A stretch of DNA of 64,000 nucleotides from Paraspadella gotoi (taxonomy: Eukaryota > Animalia > Chaetognatha): contig CM119265.1 of the NCBI GenBank assembly GCA_051294375.1, positions 22,521,058 through 22,585,057 on the forward strand, read 5' to 3'. This document shows, one piece after another, positions 1-24,085 of the stretch. Both the position numbers and the translations under genes were made by a program. A model generated the notes under the pieces. That model saw only the letters and a list, made by a program, of their open reading frames with translations. It made no database searches and was not told the origin of the DNA. How positions within the stretch are numbered: the stretch's first letter is position 1; the number at the start of each line of letters is the position of its first letter.

Positions 1-294
1 CTTCAAAACTCCTATTATTTTAACAAAAGATGAATGTAGATGAAAGCAAATGCGCAGGAGCATCGATATCAAAACAAAAGAAAACCGACTTTTCAATTTG
101 AAAATTGTCTTTGAAAAACTGTAAATCCCTTCAAATAAGACCAAAGAAAAAACTAGAAAATTCAACGCCATGTGCCGCCAGAGCCCCGGTCGGGCTTCGT
201 CTATCGTTTCAAAGTTTCGCCGTTGAGGCGTAAAATTACGTATGTGAAGACAGGTCGGTGGAGGGCACCACTTTCCCGCCACCAGCGCCTTAAT

Positions 295-3200
295 ATGGCG
301 GCGGTTCTCGAGCGGTTTCGCCGCCGTGTTCCGAACGCTCGAACGCGCAGCCCTGCCAATGAGGCCGGCGCACTCGCCGCTGCCGGAACCATCCCTAATT
401 CCCCGCCAGTCAATGGAGACTTCAATTTCCATTCAGGTAACTAATTAAAAACTTGCTTACGACGTGTCACCGAGAAATTTCTAATTATGAGTGATGCCTT
501 AAAATATTTTTTTTATTTTCTACCCTTATTTTCGAACAAACGCCTTCATTAAAATTCTTCTTTGCTCCATATTAATTTGCTTCGTATTTGTTCGGTCTTT
601 GCGTCTTGCCGTTTTAATTAATATCTTAATAAAAGTTTTTCTTTTTCCCTCCCCCAACAACTAATTTTCTCGTCAAGAAATTAATTACTCTGACGCATTT
701 ATTTGTGACATGTCCATTATCTAAGCAGCATAGTCCAGCACATATCATGTGCTTTAAATTTTTTAATAAATAATTTAATTGGCTTGTTCTTAATTCATCT
801 TTTAATCCAGTCACTCCGTCCCAATCCCCGCTTCACGAACCGTTGGGGCAAAGCCCCGCGCACCGCACCGCTGATGACGCATCTTCCGCCAACTCTTCCA
901 ACTCTTTTATGCAAAAGCCACAACGTGGCTGGTTGCACCCCGACCACCAATTACGCCCCGGCGCTGGCGTCGTTTATGGGGTCCGATACATTGGGTCCAT
1001 GGAGGTCACCGCTCCTATGCGTACCCTCGATTTTGAAGTCAGAACACAAGTGAGCGATCGTTAGTAAATTTTCAGTTAAATATAGGTGGACGTGCAAGTT
1101 GTTTTTGAAATAGATATTGTATTTTGTTTAACGATGCTAGTACGGAATACACTATATAGTAGGGTGGAGTGATGAAAAGATTGAGCGATGGAACAATGTT
1201 TTTTTGCTGCTTTTGTATATGTAATAAAAAATAATTAAGCCCTTTTTCCCAAAAAAATTGCATAACAGAATCATTAATTAAATTTTTTCTATAGTAATAT
1301 CCTTATAAAATCATAAAATTTCTAAATTATATTTTTTTAATTTTAAGAACAGTTTCGAATTCGCCGGAAAAAACTGAAACTTTTGTAAAACATGTTACAT
1401 GATATTTTTAGTCCACCATAATACCATGATGGGAAAAAAAATTGTTGCGGTTGTTTCCAGTTATTTTTTGGCATTTTAATGTAAAAATCAAAAAATAAAA
1501 TTTAGATATCATTTTTGTGATTTATACGAGCTGTGTCTCATTTATGTATGATAAAAAATACAAGTTCCATGTAAAAGAAAATGAGTTGTCCAAAAGAATG
1601 CTTGCTTCTTTTTTATCTTTTTCATATCTTTACTTTTCATTTATATTAATTTTTGGTTCTTTTTCGTTACTTTTTGAGTTAAAAATCTTTGCCTTTTCTC
1701 AGTCTCATGTCAAATGGTTATTTTATCATTTCCATTAAGATAGATTTAGGGATGAATCTTAATTCATATGTCAAAAAAAGCGGTATTGAAAATATATTAA
1801 TGCTGTAAATGCTCCAGAATAAGTATCAGTAAAAGTTATAAGTTTCCGGGTAACTTTTTTATATAAGCAATCATTTTTATTTACCTGTGGATGTATTATC
1901 AGAACCGAATATCAAACGAGTTTAAAAAAAATAAATAAAAATTTTGTTGAAATGAAAGACAATGCATCATCCCATTATGCAGCAACAATTTAAACCTGGT
2001 TTATTTTATAGGGGATCCATCATTTTTACTGCTTGCCAAAGATTATTTTTTGCTTAAAATCTAATAAAAAATATTATATTAAATATATAATATTAACAAA
2101 AATGTGAATATCCTCTTGATCAAAAAGAAGTGAAAAAAGTTGGAGATAACCTTTTTTGGAAGTATTTGAATGCATTAAATAATTTTATGCTGTTGAAAAA
2201 TATTTTTTTATTCAGTCTTAGAGAAGTTATATTATATATTAATTGGCTAAAAAATATATTTGACAATGAAATTAACCGACTTTTCTAAACCGCGACAATT
2301 TTTTTTTCCATCATGGTATTATACTAAATTGAAAAAATTAAAAGAAAAAGTTCAATATATTTCAGTTAAATCATGAACTGAATAATTTGATTTGGAGAGA
2401 GATGTTAGTGTTGTCTTCTGGAAATAAAGGGTACATATTACACAACACGAGGTTAAAGTTAAAAATACTTATTAATACAATCCACTTATCAAATAAGGTG
2501 GCCAAAGAGTCGATCAACCTGGTTTGTGAGGCGGCGGGACTGAAGTCGATCAACAAAAAACGACGCATAGAACGGAAAATACAACGGCTTCTGGGGGAGA
2601 GACCCGACTTGCACAACGCAGGTTTAATACCCGGCACAAAAATACGAGTTACTTTGTCATGTATTAAGAAAAAGGGATGCAATAAACCTCAGCAAAATTT
2701 TTACCCTTGCCGCTTAGGTTTCGATGTAACTTTGACTATCACCACGGATGCCTTAGAGATCGTTTGTACTGATGGGGACAGAAACGGGGAAACCATTTGT
2801 CATCATCCTATGCAAGGCGTCTCTTTCGCCTCAGGTGCTCTTTTAGTTTTATTTCAGTTCAAGCAGACACTCTTAATAGTTAATAAGTACTATCAGGCTA
2901 ACTTCCTAGTCTAAAACGTTACAATCAAGTTGTTAAAGGAATTTTCCAAGAAAAAGAAAGTCGGTTCTCACCTACTAGTTATAGTCATCGCTCGCGCTAT
3001 CATCGCTCTCGCGCGCTCACGCGCCTTTTCTTTTTTCGCGTCTCGCGAAGGTGGCGACGCGGAGACGCTGGATTTCGTGGCTTACGTGGCGAAGGACACG
3101 TCTTACGCGCGCGCCTGTCACGTTCTGGAATGCGGAGGCGGTCTCGCCCAAGACGTTCTTACCACAATCGGTCAAGCCTTCGAACTGCGCTTCAAAGAGT

Positions 3201-6200
3201 TTCTCCAAAATTCGCCGAGGGCTGCGGATGTGTCGCAGCAGCAGCAGCCTCCGCCGCAACACCACCAGTTTCAGGTCCACTTGCGACGACTATGCAGGAT
3301 TTACAAACCGAATTTAAAAAAAAAACCTAAATCTTAAAAAAAAACGTATTCCACCCGAATCGTACCAGCCTATCCAAACGGTGTCCGGTGATAGCGGTTT
3401 CGTCGAAGGCGGTGCAACTTGGGGTTCTACCGGAAGCGCCTCTCTCGCCAAACATGAATATTACAACGACATTCCTCCATCTGGCTCGCCTTCTCTGCGA
3501 CGAGACGATCCTCTCACCGGAGGGGTCATTAGGTCAGTCGAGTGCGCAGTTCTCGGAGGATTTACTCCTGTGAATAAAAAAATTTCCAGCGAAATTAGTT
3601 AATAATTTTCACGATTTGTTATAATACGTGTATTATGTAATACACATTTTACAACTTTAATAAGAATAATATTCATTACTATTAAATATATTTTTAACTT
3701 TTCGATTTGAATCGGGGATTTAAAGCTCTTTGACCCAACAACCTCTGTACGAATGACCCTCCGGTCGTTTTCGTTATTTTTCCTGATTTTTATCGCCCGT
3801 AACGGCTCCGACCACCGTCGCTTCATTTGGTAATGCGATCGTTCAGAAACGTGCGTAAGCCATTTATTTACCTCTGTATGTCTTCGTCTGTCTTTGTTTA
3901 ATGGGTTACGTGCGTTCCCAGTATCACCTCCTTAGTTAACAATCAAGCTAGTGAGATCAAGGAAATTACGTAAAAAAATTGGTGTAAAACACATTAAATG
4001 ATCATTAATTGAAAATTCCTCCTTTCTCTTCCCGTCTTGTTATTCTCGCAGGGGAAACGGGAACGATTCGTCCTGCGGCATCCTGCTGCAAGACAACCGC
4101 CCTCCTCCCCCAATACCCCCTCTACCCCGCGGTCACCTCCTCCCTGCGACCTCGGGCCTCTCGCTGCCTTCGCCCACCACCACGACCACGGACTCGTTCG
4201 GTTCGGCCACCGTCGTCTCCGCCGCCACTAACCCCTTCGACTTTTTCGGGACGCTGCCCCCGCCGCCGTCCACCTCGCCCCCTCCGCTGAACTCCGCTTC
4301 CCAGCATAATTCCCTTCCGATTCATTCGCCACAGGCGCAGGTGGGGTTCCCTCTCGCGCTCCGAGAGGGAGGGAGAGAAAGAGAGAGACACACGAGCAAA
4401 GAAAAGGAGAAAAGTCAGGGTGACGACCAAAATTACCAGAGGATTTTTCCCTAGAAAATTGCTCCGCTTTTTTTGTTGTTCGCGCGACCGAATGCAATCC
4501 CTTGGGGTTCGAATTTGGGCTAGGAAAATAGGAGATCGAAGTTGTTTTTTTTTCGAAATGAAAGAAGGACAATATGGCGGAGACCTCATTGCATTCAAAG
4601 CGAGGCTCGTAGTAAAAAAAAACAATACGAGAGGGGGAAAAATCACGAAGTTATGCATGGACGTGTTTTTCGTCGAGCGACTTCTTTCGGAACGTCAAGT
4701 CATCATGCCGAGCTCGTTTCATGGGCGTGACCAGAGGGAAGAAAAGAAACACGGCGATCCTCAATAAAAATGCGTCCGGCCAATAAGTCGAGAAAGCGCG
4801 TGTTCGGAGAACCAAATGGAACGACCATCGATCAGTTTTTTTTCTCGACCGTGACGGACGAAGAGGAAAGCCCTTTTTTTTATATAGTGTTTGTTTTTTA
4901 ATAAAAAAAAATGTCGCTCCATCAGCGTTCGTGATCTCGTGATCAAACCGGATATCGTTTTTAAAAAAAGCAATAAAAAGGAGGACGAGAGAAGCTGAGT
5001 GGTGAAGGGAATAAAAGGCTAGAGATATGAAGGGAAAGAAAAATAAGAAGAAGAATACTAAGCAATGTGACGAAAGGGAAAGAACAAAAGGAGAGAACGA
5101 GAGGATAGAAGACAGATGAAATAGAGACTGGGAAGGAAAGAAGGGTGGAGGGGAAGAAAGTTGGATAGTGAAATCTTTTTCGCGTTCTTCTGCTCGACGA
5201 GGCATTAACTCTGGAGAGTTCGATTTCAATTTCAGATTGGATGCAACGATGCTGGATCGACCGGGGGCGCCGGTTTGCCCGGAGACTCGTCTAACGGGAT
5301 TTCTTCCAATCAGAATTCTTTGTTTTCGACGAATCAGAATTCACCTTTCGCCTCCAGCCAACCGCCGTTACCCCCACTCCCTCTGGACGGGGAGGGCGAC
5401 GTTCTCTACCACGAGCCCTGGTTCCACGGAAAAATAAGCAGGTGCGTTTTTGTATATCGAACTCGTTGTTTTTTCGCCCCCAAAGCGCCTGTCTGCAAAA
5501 GGAAAAAAAACGCTTTACCGTTTTAACCAAACGTGAAAAAAAAAACATTAATTAAAAAAAAAAAAAAATTAGTTCCGACTGTTTTAGTTTTTAAAGCTTC
5601 TCTAATCTTTCTAGGGTCTTTCGCACTTGTGCCATTCAGCTGCTCCTCCTTTATTAACGATCAAATTTACACGGTTTTTCCCTCGTTCGCCGCTCGAAGA
5701 ATTTTTTTCATTCACAGCGCTCTTAACGTCTCCTCCTTTCTCTTTTTTTTCGGTGTCCCTCCCCGACCCTCGCGATTCGATTCCCTCCATCATCAATCTT
5801 CGACAATGTTCCGCTTCCCGTTTGGCTGAGAAAAAACTCATCCATTTCCGTCACCATTTCTCCTTCCCCCGTTGTTTTCGCGCTCTTTCTCATTTCGACT
5901 CTTCTTTCCCCTTTTCGCTTTTTCTTCTTTGGTTTTTTTGGCTCTTCTCGTTACCCCCGGAGCGGCTTCCAGGATTCTCTGAGGAAGGGCCCGATCGTAT
6001 AATTCGCGAGCGCGCGAACAATCGTTCTCTCTCTCTTCCCTCCCTCTCTCTCTCTCTCTTCCCCCCCTCCCCTTCATCCTTGGATTGGTATTCGGATCCA
6101 AGTGCCAACCAAGTTTCTCTTTTCTTCTTTTTTTTCGGCGCGCCACCAATTTCTCTCGGGCGGCGGAGGCGCCTGTAGTCTGATTAAGTCGGAACGGAAT

Positions 6201-6323
6201 TCCGTCGTTGCGCGCCCCTCCTTTTTGGATTTTTTTCCCCCCGTTTTTTATCAACCACAAAACTCCCCCTACCGATCTCTTGGTGTTTCGACGCTATTAC
6301 CTACTCTTTCTCTNNNNNNNNNN

Positions 6324-6358
<35 letters not shown>

Positions 6359-7583
6359 AAACAAATAACTTTCCTCCCCATTCAACTAGCCTCCTAATGT
6401 CGTGCTTGCGGCCTAATTACGCTCCACTAAAGGCGAGTGCAGAGAGAGAAACGAAAGAAGAAAAAAAAAACAAGAATCGCTCGCGGTCGTTTTTTTTTTC
6501 GCACCCTCTCCTCATATTCTAAACCCTCACCCCGACCCGTTTTCGCAGACGGGAGGCAGAAGCGCTCTTAACCACGAACGGCGACTTCTTGGTGAGGGAA
6601 TCAACGCATCAAGCGGGCCAGTTCGTCTTGTCCGGTCTCCACCGGGGAGCAATAAAGCATCTCCTCTTGGTCGATCCTCAAGGTAATTCTCTCGCCTCCG
6701 CCTCATTTTCTTTCTTTTAAAATTATTTTTAAGATTATATTACTCCTTGATATGTAGTTATTTTATACAATTTAAGAATAATACAAGAACAAGAGATACT
6801 TGAAATATTTTTTAAAGAATCGAAACAAAGTTTTGTTTCTAGTTTTCGGTTAAACAAGGACACAATGCGGCCAGACACTTCGATTGTGCCTAACCCCGAG
6901 GGGATGTCATGGTCACTCTTTCTTTTTTTTCTCTCTCCTTTTCTGCTGACGTGCGACGTGGGGAGAATATTTATGAGTCGAATGCGGAAGAAAGCTTCTC
7001 ACTTTTCTTCACTGACTTTTTATACTTCTTGGCGAAGCTCATCAAAACAGCAAACTGTATATAACTTCATTTATTCTCCTTGTTCTTCGTCATCTGACGA
7101 GTGGGGGGGGAAAAAAGGAAGGAGTGATGAATGAGAGGGCGAGGAACAGGAAAGGGGGGGTGAAAAGAAACTAAGGGGGAAAAAAAGAGCAACGCCAAGT
7201 ATGAGCCAAGGTTAGATTGGAGATTCGCGACTTCGCCAACTTGACTTTGTCAAGTGTTTTCTTCATTTGTGAGAGAAAGAAGACGAAGTGGACAAATTAA
7301 TCACGTTTCACTAAGGTTGGCGGAGGATAAAATGAAAACCTCTCGCCTTGCGTTTGGATCTTAAAATCTGGGCGGATCTATAGTTCCATGATTAAAAAAG
7401 AAAAACGCCTTTAATTTTTCTAATTTTTCAAAGATTTTTCTTTTCTTTTCAGGTGTGGTTCGAACGAAGGACAAGCAGTTCGACAACGTGAGTCACCTGA
7501 TTCGTTTTCACCGCGACAACCACGTCCCGATCGTCAGCGCGGATTCCGAACTTCTTCTCGTCACCCCCGTCGTCAAGGCTTAA
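295..7583 (+). CDS. SHC1: Shc-family adaptor protein (PTB - CH1 - SH2), 10 exons
   Basis: Exons ~295-436, 811-1049, 2498-2621, 2718-2834, 3051-3274, 3369-3532, 4052-4340, 5236-5441, 6549-6682 and 7453-7583 join in phase through GT-AG introns. PTB motifs: [21 protein letters not shown]...[45 protein letters not shown]...[17 protein letters not shown]1 motif: YYND. SH2 motifs: [14 protein letters not shown]...GDFLVRES...[16 protein letters not shown]. Confidence 0.93.
1421..2319. mobile_element. MITE-like non-autonomous DNA transposon in Shc intron 2
   Basis: ~30-bp TIRs (ataccatgatgggaaaaaaaattgttgcggtt / aaccgcgacaattttttttccatcatggtat), each flanked by TA. The interior is AT-rich and non-coding. 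Confidence 0.7.
6305..6355. repeat. (CT)n microsatellite containing a 10-N assembly gap (6314-6323)
   Basis: Seen directly in the sequence. Confidence 0.95.
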
Positions 7584-8641
7584 AGAATAACATTAAAAAG
7601 AAGAAAACAAATCTAAGTCGTTCAATCGCCAAAGTTTTATTGACAAAGAAATATGTACAAATATATAAACTCGACGGGACGCGCTTCCGATATTTTTATC
7701 TCGACTTAATCGACGCCGCTTCGAAAGTAGCCGCCACCCCGCGCGTCATTCAAAAATAGAGGATTGAAGCAAGTTTATGGAATCTATCCATCGTTTCTTA
7801 TTTTCGTTTAACATTCGGATCGAGTTACATCAGACGCAAAAATTTATTTTCATTCTTCCAAAATGCGTTCTGCCGAATCTCCAAAATCCCAATTGACATC
7901 AACGGTGTCGATTTGTTTCATTTAATTTCGCTTCAAATGGTCCAAGGCACCATGTAGCCTCCTGCTCCAAAAATTGTTTTAATTATTTTCGAGATAGTCT
8001 GTTTCGTCTCAGTTAGCAAAGGCATTCTTTGAATTTAAATATTTTGTTAATGCATGCAATTGGGAGAGCTAAATTTGAGAGGGCTCAGTTTTTTATCTTT
8101 CATTTTTTCCCCAAAAATTGGTGAAGGAAGTCTCGTTAAATAGCTTTATCGCTCAATTTTCCTTCTTTATGGGATTACTCCTTCCTCCCCTTTTATTTCA
8201 TAGGATTTATTCGTCGTTTTATAGAGCTTGTATTTTATAATTGTACTAACTGTAAATGAAACCATAATTAAACCATATCAGTACCAGACATATGTCCGGA
8301 AAGTGATGTACTACTAACGACATTCGTAGATACTTCCACACTTTGAACGATGTTAACCGCAAAAGAAACTAGTGTATCATAGTAGGGGCTCTCCTAGAAT
8401 TCCGAAAGCTACGAGTGTTGTTATCCCACTATTAGAAGTCCGCTATATTGAAGGAATTTGTCGTCGTCGGGGAAAGTGTATTTGAATTTATGTATTTTTC
8501 AGATGGATCTATGCATTTTTTTTTATTCTTTGTCCGAGTATTTATTTAATGTTCCGACAGAGTATCCTACACTATATTTACCTGTCATTTCGCAAAATTC
8601 TTCTGATTTTGAATTTTGTAGGTAAAAAAGGCTGTTGAGTT

Positions 8642-19031
<10,390 letters not shown>

Positions 19032-19442
19032 CTTAACTTTTTTTTTCGTTTGCCATCGCGCGAACGAATCTGAGATTAGTTAAAGATGTAGACTCGAGAC
19101 TTAGACCTAGTCGTACTGTGAAAACCAGTATTGTGATAAGTTATCACTGATAACCTCTGCTTTTGATCCAACTCCTTTTCTCCACATTTTTTTCGAAATT
19201 TATTAGTCGGGCCAACGAAATAGTTTGTCGCGTTGTATACCGCCTTAGTTAATTTATTCTCAGCTAATGTTTTATATAAAAATGTTCAACCGATTTTACT
19301 ATTTAATACGTTAAAGTTGCCCCGTTGTTAACTTATTAATAGGTTCTATTAAGAAATTCAGTAGAATGATTCAAAACTTGGGCGTTGTTACTATAAATCG
19401 TTAAAAAGTCTAAGGATCGTGTTGAGCTGCAGTCCTTCGACG

Positions 19443-22338
19443 ATGATTATCCTCTACGATGGGATCTCATGTTTTCGGATCGCAGGAGCTTTGAGGCCGG
19501 ACTTCTTGGGTAAGTGCCTTTAAAATCAATAAACTTTCCTGATCCTGAGTTAAAGATTGTTTCCGTTTCAAACAGTCTCGCTGCGGCGCGGCGCAGCGAC
19601 GGCCTCCGCTGCGTCGTCACAGCCTCAACTCGTCCGTCGATCAAAAGAGGCCACGAGTGCCTGTTGCGTCCTCGATTTGCAGCCTGACGTGGAGCTGGGA
19701 CCCATAGGTTAGGTAATCAAGGACTTAGCGAATGTCATTTTTACTACTTTGTATAGACAGACGATATACTCGTAAGCGTTCTTTTTTCAGAGGTTAAAGA
19801 GGCTTTCTTCCGATTGGCCAAACGTTTTCATCCGGACGCTGGAAGCGCAGAGGCAGATCCAGCCAAGTTCGCTTCCGTTCGAGACGCTTACAAAACGCTC
19901 ATGGAGTCTGGCACCGTTGAGGGAGTCGGCGTACCGGGCGTCAGAACCGGTGAGCAAAGATTGTATATCCTCACTCGGTTTTGTGAACAAAAAGACTGTT
20001 TTAACGATGAAAAAAAGAAATTAAAAAAATGATTCGATCGGGTATTTTTGATCGCACCTCGGCATGAATTCCGTCCGTCTCTCCAAAATGAGAGAACCCG
20101 TTTTATCGAACTTTCATCAGATACGGTTCTCTTCTTCCTCTTTTCAATTTTCGATCTTTGATTGCCCTTTTAAAACAATTGGGGAATGATAAACCGACTG
20201 CGAAAAAGTCTTAATATTCTCAACGGAATTATATTTAGTATCGTTATATTTGGTCCCCGGGTATTTTCATTTTTGATTTTCTCATAGTTTGGTTTACGAC
20301 GACCTACTATTTCCTTTTTTATAATTTTATCTCAAGTTTTCTTCTCTCCTTTTTTTGTGTGTGAATGGCGAATTCAATCGTGAATGTAACCGAAGAAAAA
20401 GATCCGATTCACCTTCGATCGCATTATATTTTTCTTTACGCTCGTCTGACGATGGGAAAGAAATTTAAGTGGGCGTAAAATGGAGAAAAACATGACCACC
20501 TCCTCCTCTCACAATTCTTTTTTCGTTTTACTTTTTGTGTTTTGAATTACTACGGTTTAACTTCGACCGAGTGGATTACCTATCCATTCATTTTCGTGTG
20601 ATTTTTTTTGGTTTTTTTTTTTGCGTCGTTAAAAAACGAGTTTTGGGGTCAGTTTTACACTTTTTTCCCCTCGGTGTTAATTGATTCTTTTTAAATCCGT
20701 AAAATGAATTTTTTTCTGGTCTACTACGGTTTGCTTAAAACATTACTCGTAAATAATAGCCTATCCAAAGCTTGTATATTAAATTAATAGATAATTATTA
20801 TATTGGTTTTTCCAATTTCAATGAATTTTCTTTTATGTACATTTTTCATAGTATCTGTAATTAAGTAGTTGTTTAGATATTTTATATCGTTATTTTTTTG
20901 GATGTTTGTTGAATCATTTACAATTTCGGCGGTTAAACTTCGAAAACTTGTGTTGCTCATGGACAGAGAATAGCCGATGGGATAGTTTTTATCTAACTTT
21001 ATATTACGTAAAAACCCCCCGACGACGTGAAGTTAAAATAACACCAAAACATGTCTAACATACGAAATTTTAAGCCAGCTAAAGTTAAAAGGGAAGAAAG
21101 AGGGAAAAAATTTCCGCCCCATTAACTCGTGAGTTTTTCCACCACAGAGGCTCAAGAAGAAGAGTTTACTGCTACCATGGAAGAATTTGCTAGAACCTAC
21201 GACGTAAGACACACCGCGCCCCAACATCGCCAGTACCTTAGTTTCGAAGGGTGAGCCGCGTCACCGTCTGCTTGAACATTTCTATTTTTTTTTACTTAAA
21301 AAATTCTTAATCCTATTTTTGTCACTGCAGCTACGGACGGGGAGCTCCGATGCAACGACAGCGTCAGTACGACAAGCACCGCGCCGAACGTGCCGCCGCT
21401 CGAGCCGCCGAATACAGAGTAGAAAAACTCGCCTGGAACGAGGAAAAGTCAGCCGTCGTCGTGGTTAGAAGAGACGACGACGACGACGATTTGACATTAA
21501 CAACGACTAAAAACGAGACAAAAAAGGGAGGACAAAGGCTACGAGGGCGACGACCGATATGACAACAATCATTTAGCGAAAGAAAAAAAACAACTGCAAT
21601 TAAGGCGGCGACGACGACGACGACGACGACGTCGCCGACGGTTGTCCTTAAAGACTGACCATTGGTCAGTGACCAATGACCATTCTTTCTTTCGAATTCT
21701 TTTTTTTTTACTCAGTCGTTTGACCCGAGCTATTTCCTTCCCCCCCCCCAGGACAAAAAAAAAGCCAAGGATATAAAGACGAGATTCGGAATGGAAAGGG
21801 TAGTGGAGGATTTGATACAGGAAAGGTGAGGAAGACCTTTTTTGACCATGTTGTAATAATAATTAATTGTAATTGTAATAAAGAATGAAATACGAATTCG
21901 CGCAACGCAGAAAATATTGATATTTTCAGCATCAGTCGTGGAGAGTTCGAAACGATCCAAGGTAAAGGGAAACCCTTGAGGCGAAAGGACTTGGAATCCA
22001 ATCCTTATTCGGATTTCATGACCACGAAAATGAACGAAATTCTCATCAACAACGGATACCAACCGGAGTGGGTCGAGCTGGGGACTGAAATCAGGATGGA
22101 CATGGCGGAGGCGAGAGGCAGGTTCGGAGGAGGAGAGGGCTTTTAACAGAGGGGGAAAAAAGTGGTGTTGTAGAATGATCGGGGTTAATATGTACTTTCG
22201 GTTGAGGTTCAACGTCCCCTTTTTGGTTTAATTTAGAGGGACTGTTAGTGGTCGCCGCGTGGTTTAAATTGCGTCAATTGACCGCCAACTAAAAAGAGGG
22301 ACAGTTAAGCGATGCTACCCGTAGGACGTACGAAAAAT

Positions 22339-22389
<51 letters not shown>

Positions 22390-22924
22390 GACTCAGTCTC
22401 ACGAGATCGAAGCTCGGGTCGTATCCCTTTGAAAACCCGTTGGACGAGCGGGATTGGGAGGATCACGTGAATCGTTTTAAGATCGAATGGAAAATCGTCA
22501 ACGATAAGATATGGCGGTTTAACTTGTTGGTGAGAAGAGTCGTCTCGGTTTTATTTTCTCTCCATTAATTGGGGGGAAAAATTGCTTGAAGCGATTTTCT
22601 TACTCGTTTATATTTGTTTTCATAGGTGCCGACTTTAAATCAACAAATAATTCCCACCACCGCGGATAAGGAGTTGGACAGAGTATTGAAGGACGAGGAC
22701 GCGAAATTCCGCAGGGAACCGCGACCGCCTGAAATCGAAATCCATCGAAGTCGCCGGAAAAGTATGCGGCAGACCTGAAAGGGGTCCGGAAGAATCAGTG
22801 AATAACCCCCCCCGCGTTTTTATTAATCCCACCCTCAGGTGTGAACGCGTCGGGTCGTGATTATGTCGAGACTCCGATGGATTTATTTCAACAATTATTG
22901 ACCAATATATTTCGTTGGAAGTGA
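19443..22924 (+). CDS. DNAJC28: DnaJ homolog subfamily C member 28-like, 9 exons
   Basis: J-domain VKEAFFRLAKRFHPD...KFASVRDAY. Also HTAPQHRQYLSFEG, ERVVEDLIQESISRGEF..IQGKGKPL, NPYSDFMTTKMNEILINNGYQPEWV and FNLLVPTLNQQ. Exons join in phase; the start codon and last exon are less certain. Confidence 0.88.
22343..22386. repeat. (CT)n microsatellite serving as the polypyrimidine tract of a DNAJC28 acceptor
   Basis: The CT run ends immediately before acag|ACTC. Confidence 0.9.
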
Positions 22925-23350
22925 ATCTTTTTTGACGATATCCTTCGACCCGTAGCTCCGATTTCGGCGTTTTCTATTCGCGAGACTCTAGTCATCCTCT
23001 GTTTTTTTCGATATTTTTTTATCATAAACTATTTGTCAGTTCATTGAACCTGTGATAAATAAAAAGTGAAAAAAATTATTGGGGAAAAAAAAGATGTCTG
23101 CCAAAGATTTTCCATCTGACTCGAGCCATCGGCGCTTAGATTTTCCCCAAGGAGTAAACAAATCAGAAGGTTGGACTTTTAATATTTTAATCAAATTTGT
23201 TCACAAAAGAAAAAAAAAATCTCCCTCTCTCTCTCTCTCTTCCCCCCTCCCCTCCTTTTCCCCCTTTTCCCCCCCGATCGGACTTAAACAAAAGTCGTCG
23301 ATCGATCATCGTCACTGACGTCACCGTCCCCGAATCCCCTTCTCGTCGAG

Positions 23351-24085
23351 ATGAGCCGCCGCGAATCGGCGATGATGCGGGCTGCGCGCTCCGATCCCGA
23401 CTCGATTTCCAACTCCGATCTCCGCCGTTACGCGCAGTTTCAACTCTCCTGCTGCGCGGCACTCCTCGCCTCCGTCCCTTTCGAGATGGACGTCGTCCCG
23501 ACGTCGAAAGTTGAATGGCACCAAAGCCAGCTCTCCGCTCGATCGAGACAAGAAAATTCGGAGCGCGGGATTCTTTGTCGCGTTATCGAGTCCGTTTTGA
23601 GTCCCGTTTTGGATTTGGAAGAAGATTCCAGTTTTCCCTGCGAGTTGGTCGGCGATTATCGAGGCGGCGGCTGCTTCTGTGGCTGTTGCAGCGGCGACGA
23701 AGTTGAACGCGTCCCCGCGAGGAGGAGGAGGAGGAGGAGAAAGAACAAAAACAAGACCAAGCCGAAGGAGAATTCTGATGACCCGTTTGATCTATCGTCT
23801 ATTAATGGTGTCGGCAAGAATTTCCGAGTCGACGATTTAAATTTCCAAGCTCGTGATCCTTCCGTTTTGGTTGACGTTTCTTCAAACGATCCGCCGACAA
23901 AAGCGTCCCTCCCGTCTCTCGCTCTTTTCTCAGAACCATTGCTCGAGCCCCGTCTTGACTCTGAGCGCGATGCCTCCTCGGGTCAGTGTTCGCCGCCAAA
24001 ACCCCTGATCCTGCGCGGATTGCGCGCGCTCATCTCCGCTAAACACAAGCCTTCGATTAGGCTCGATCTCGACGAAGATCTTTGA
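23351..24085 (+). CDS. intronless 244-aa ORF of unknown function
   Basis: ATG-initiated 735-nt ORF with exon-like GC/CpG composition between AT-rich flanks. It contains a Cys cluster (CFCGCC) and a basic run (RRRRRRRKNKNK). No family recognised. Confidence 0.45.
   Translation: MSRRESAMMRAARSDPDSISNSDLRRYAQFQLSCCAALLASVPFEMDVVPTSKVEWHQSQLSARSRQENSERGILCRVIESVLSPVLDLEEDSSFPCELVGDYRGGGCFCGCCSGDEVERVPARRRRRRRKNKNKTKPKENSDDPFDLSSINGVGKNFRVDDLNFQARDPSVLVDVSSNDPPTKASLPSLALFSEPLLEPRLDSERDASSGQCSPPKPLILRGLRALISAKHKPSIRLDLDEDL

Noticed and set aside
4420-6520. Many F/S/L- or K/R/E-rich ORFs in Shc introns, and similar ORFs at 58379-58869 and 63389-63779
   Set aside because: They are products of low-complexity CT/GA-rich sequence.
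22205-22310. Short imperfect inverted repeat (gtcccctttttggtt / aactaaaaagagggac)
   Set aside because: Possibly a tiny MITE remnant, but too short and degenerate to call.
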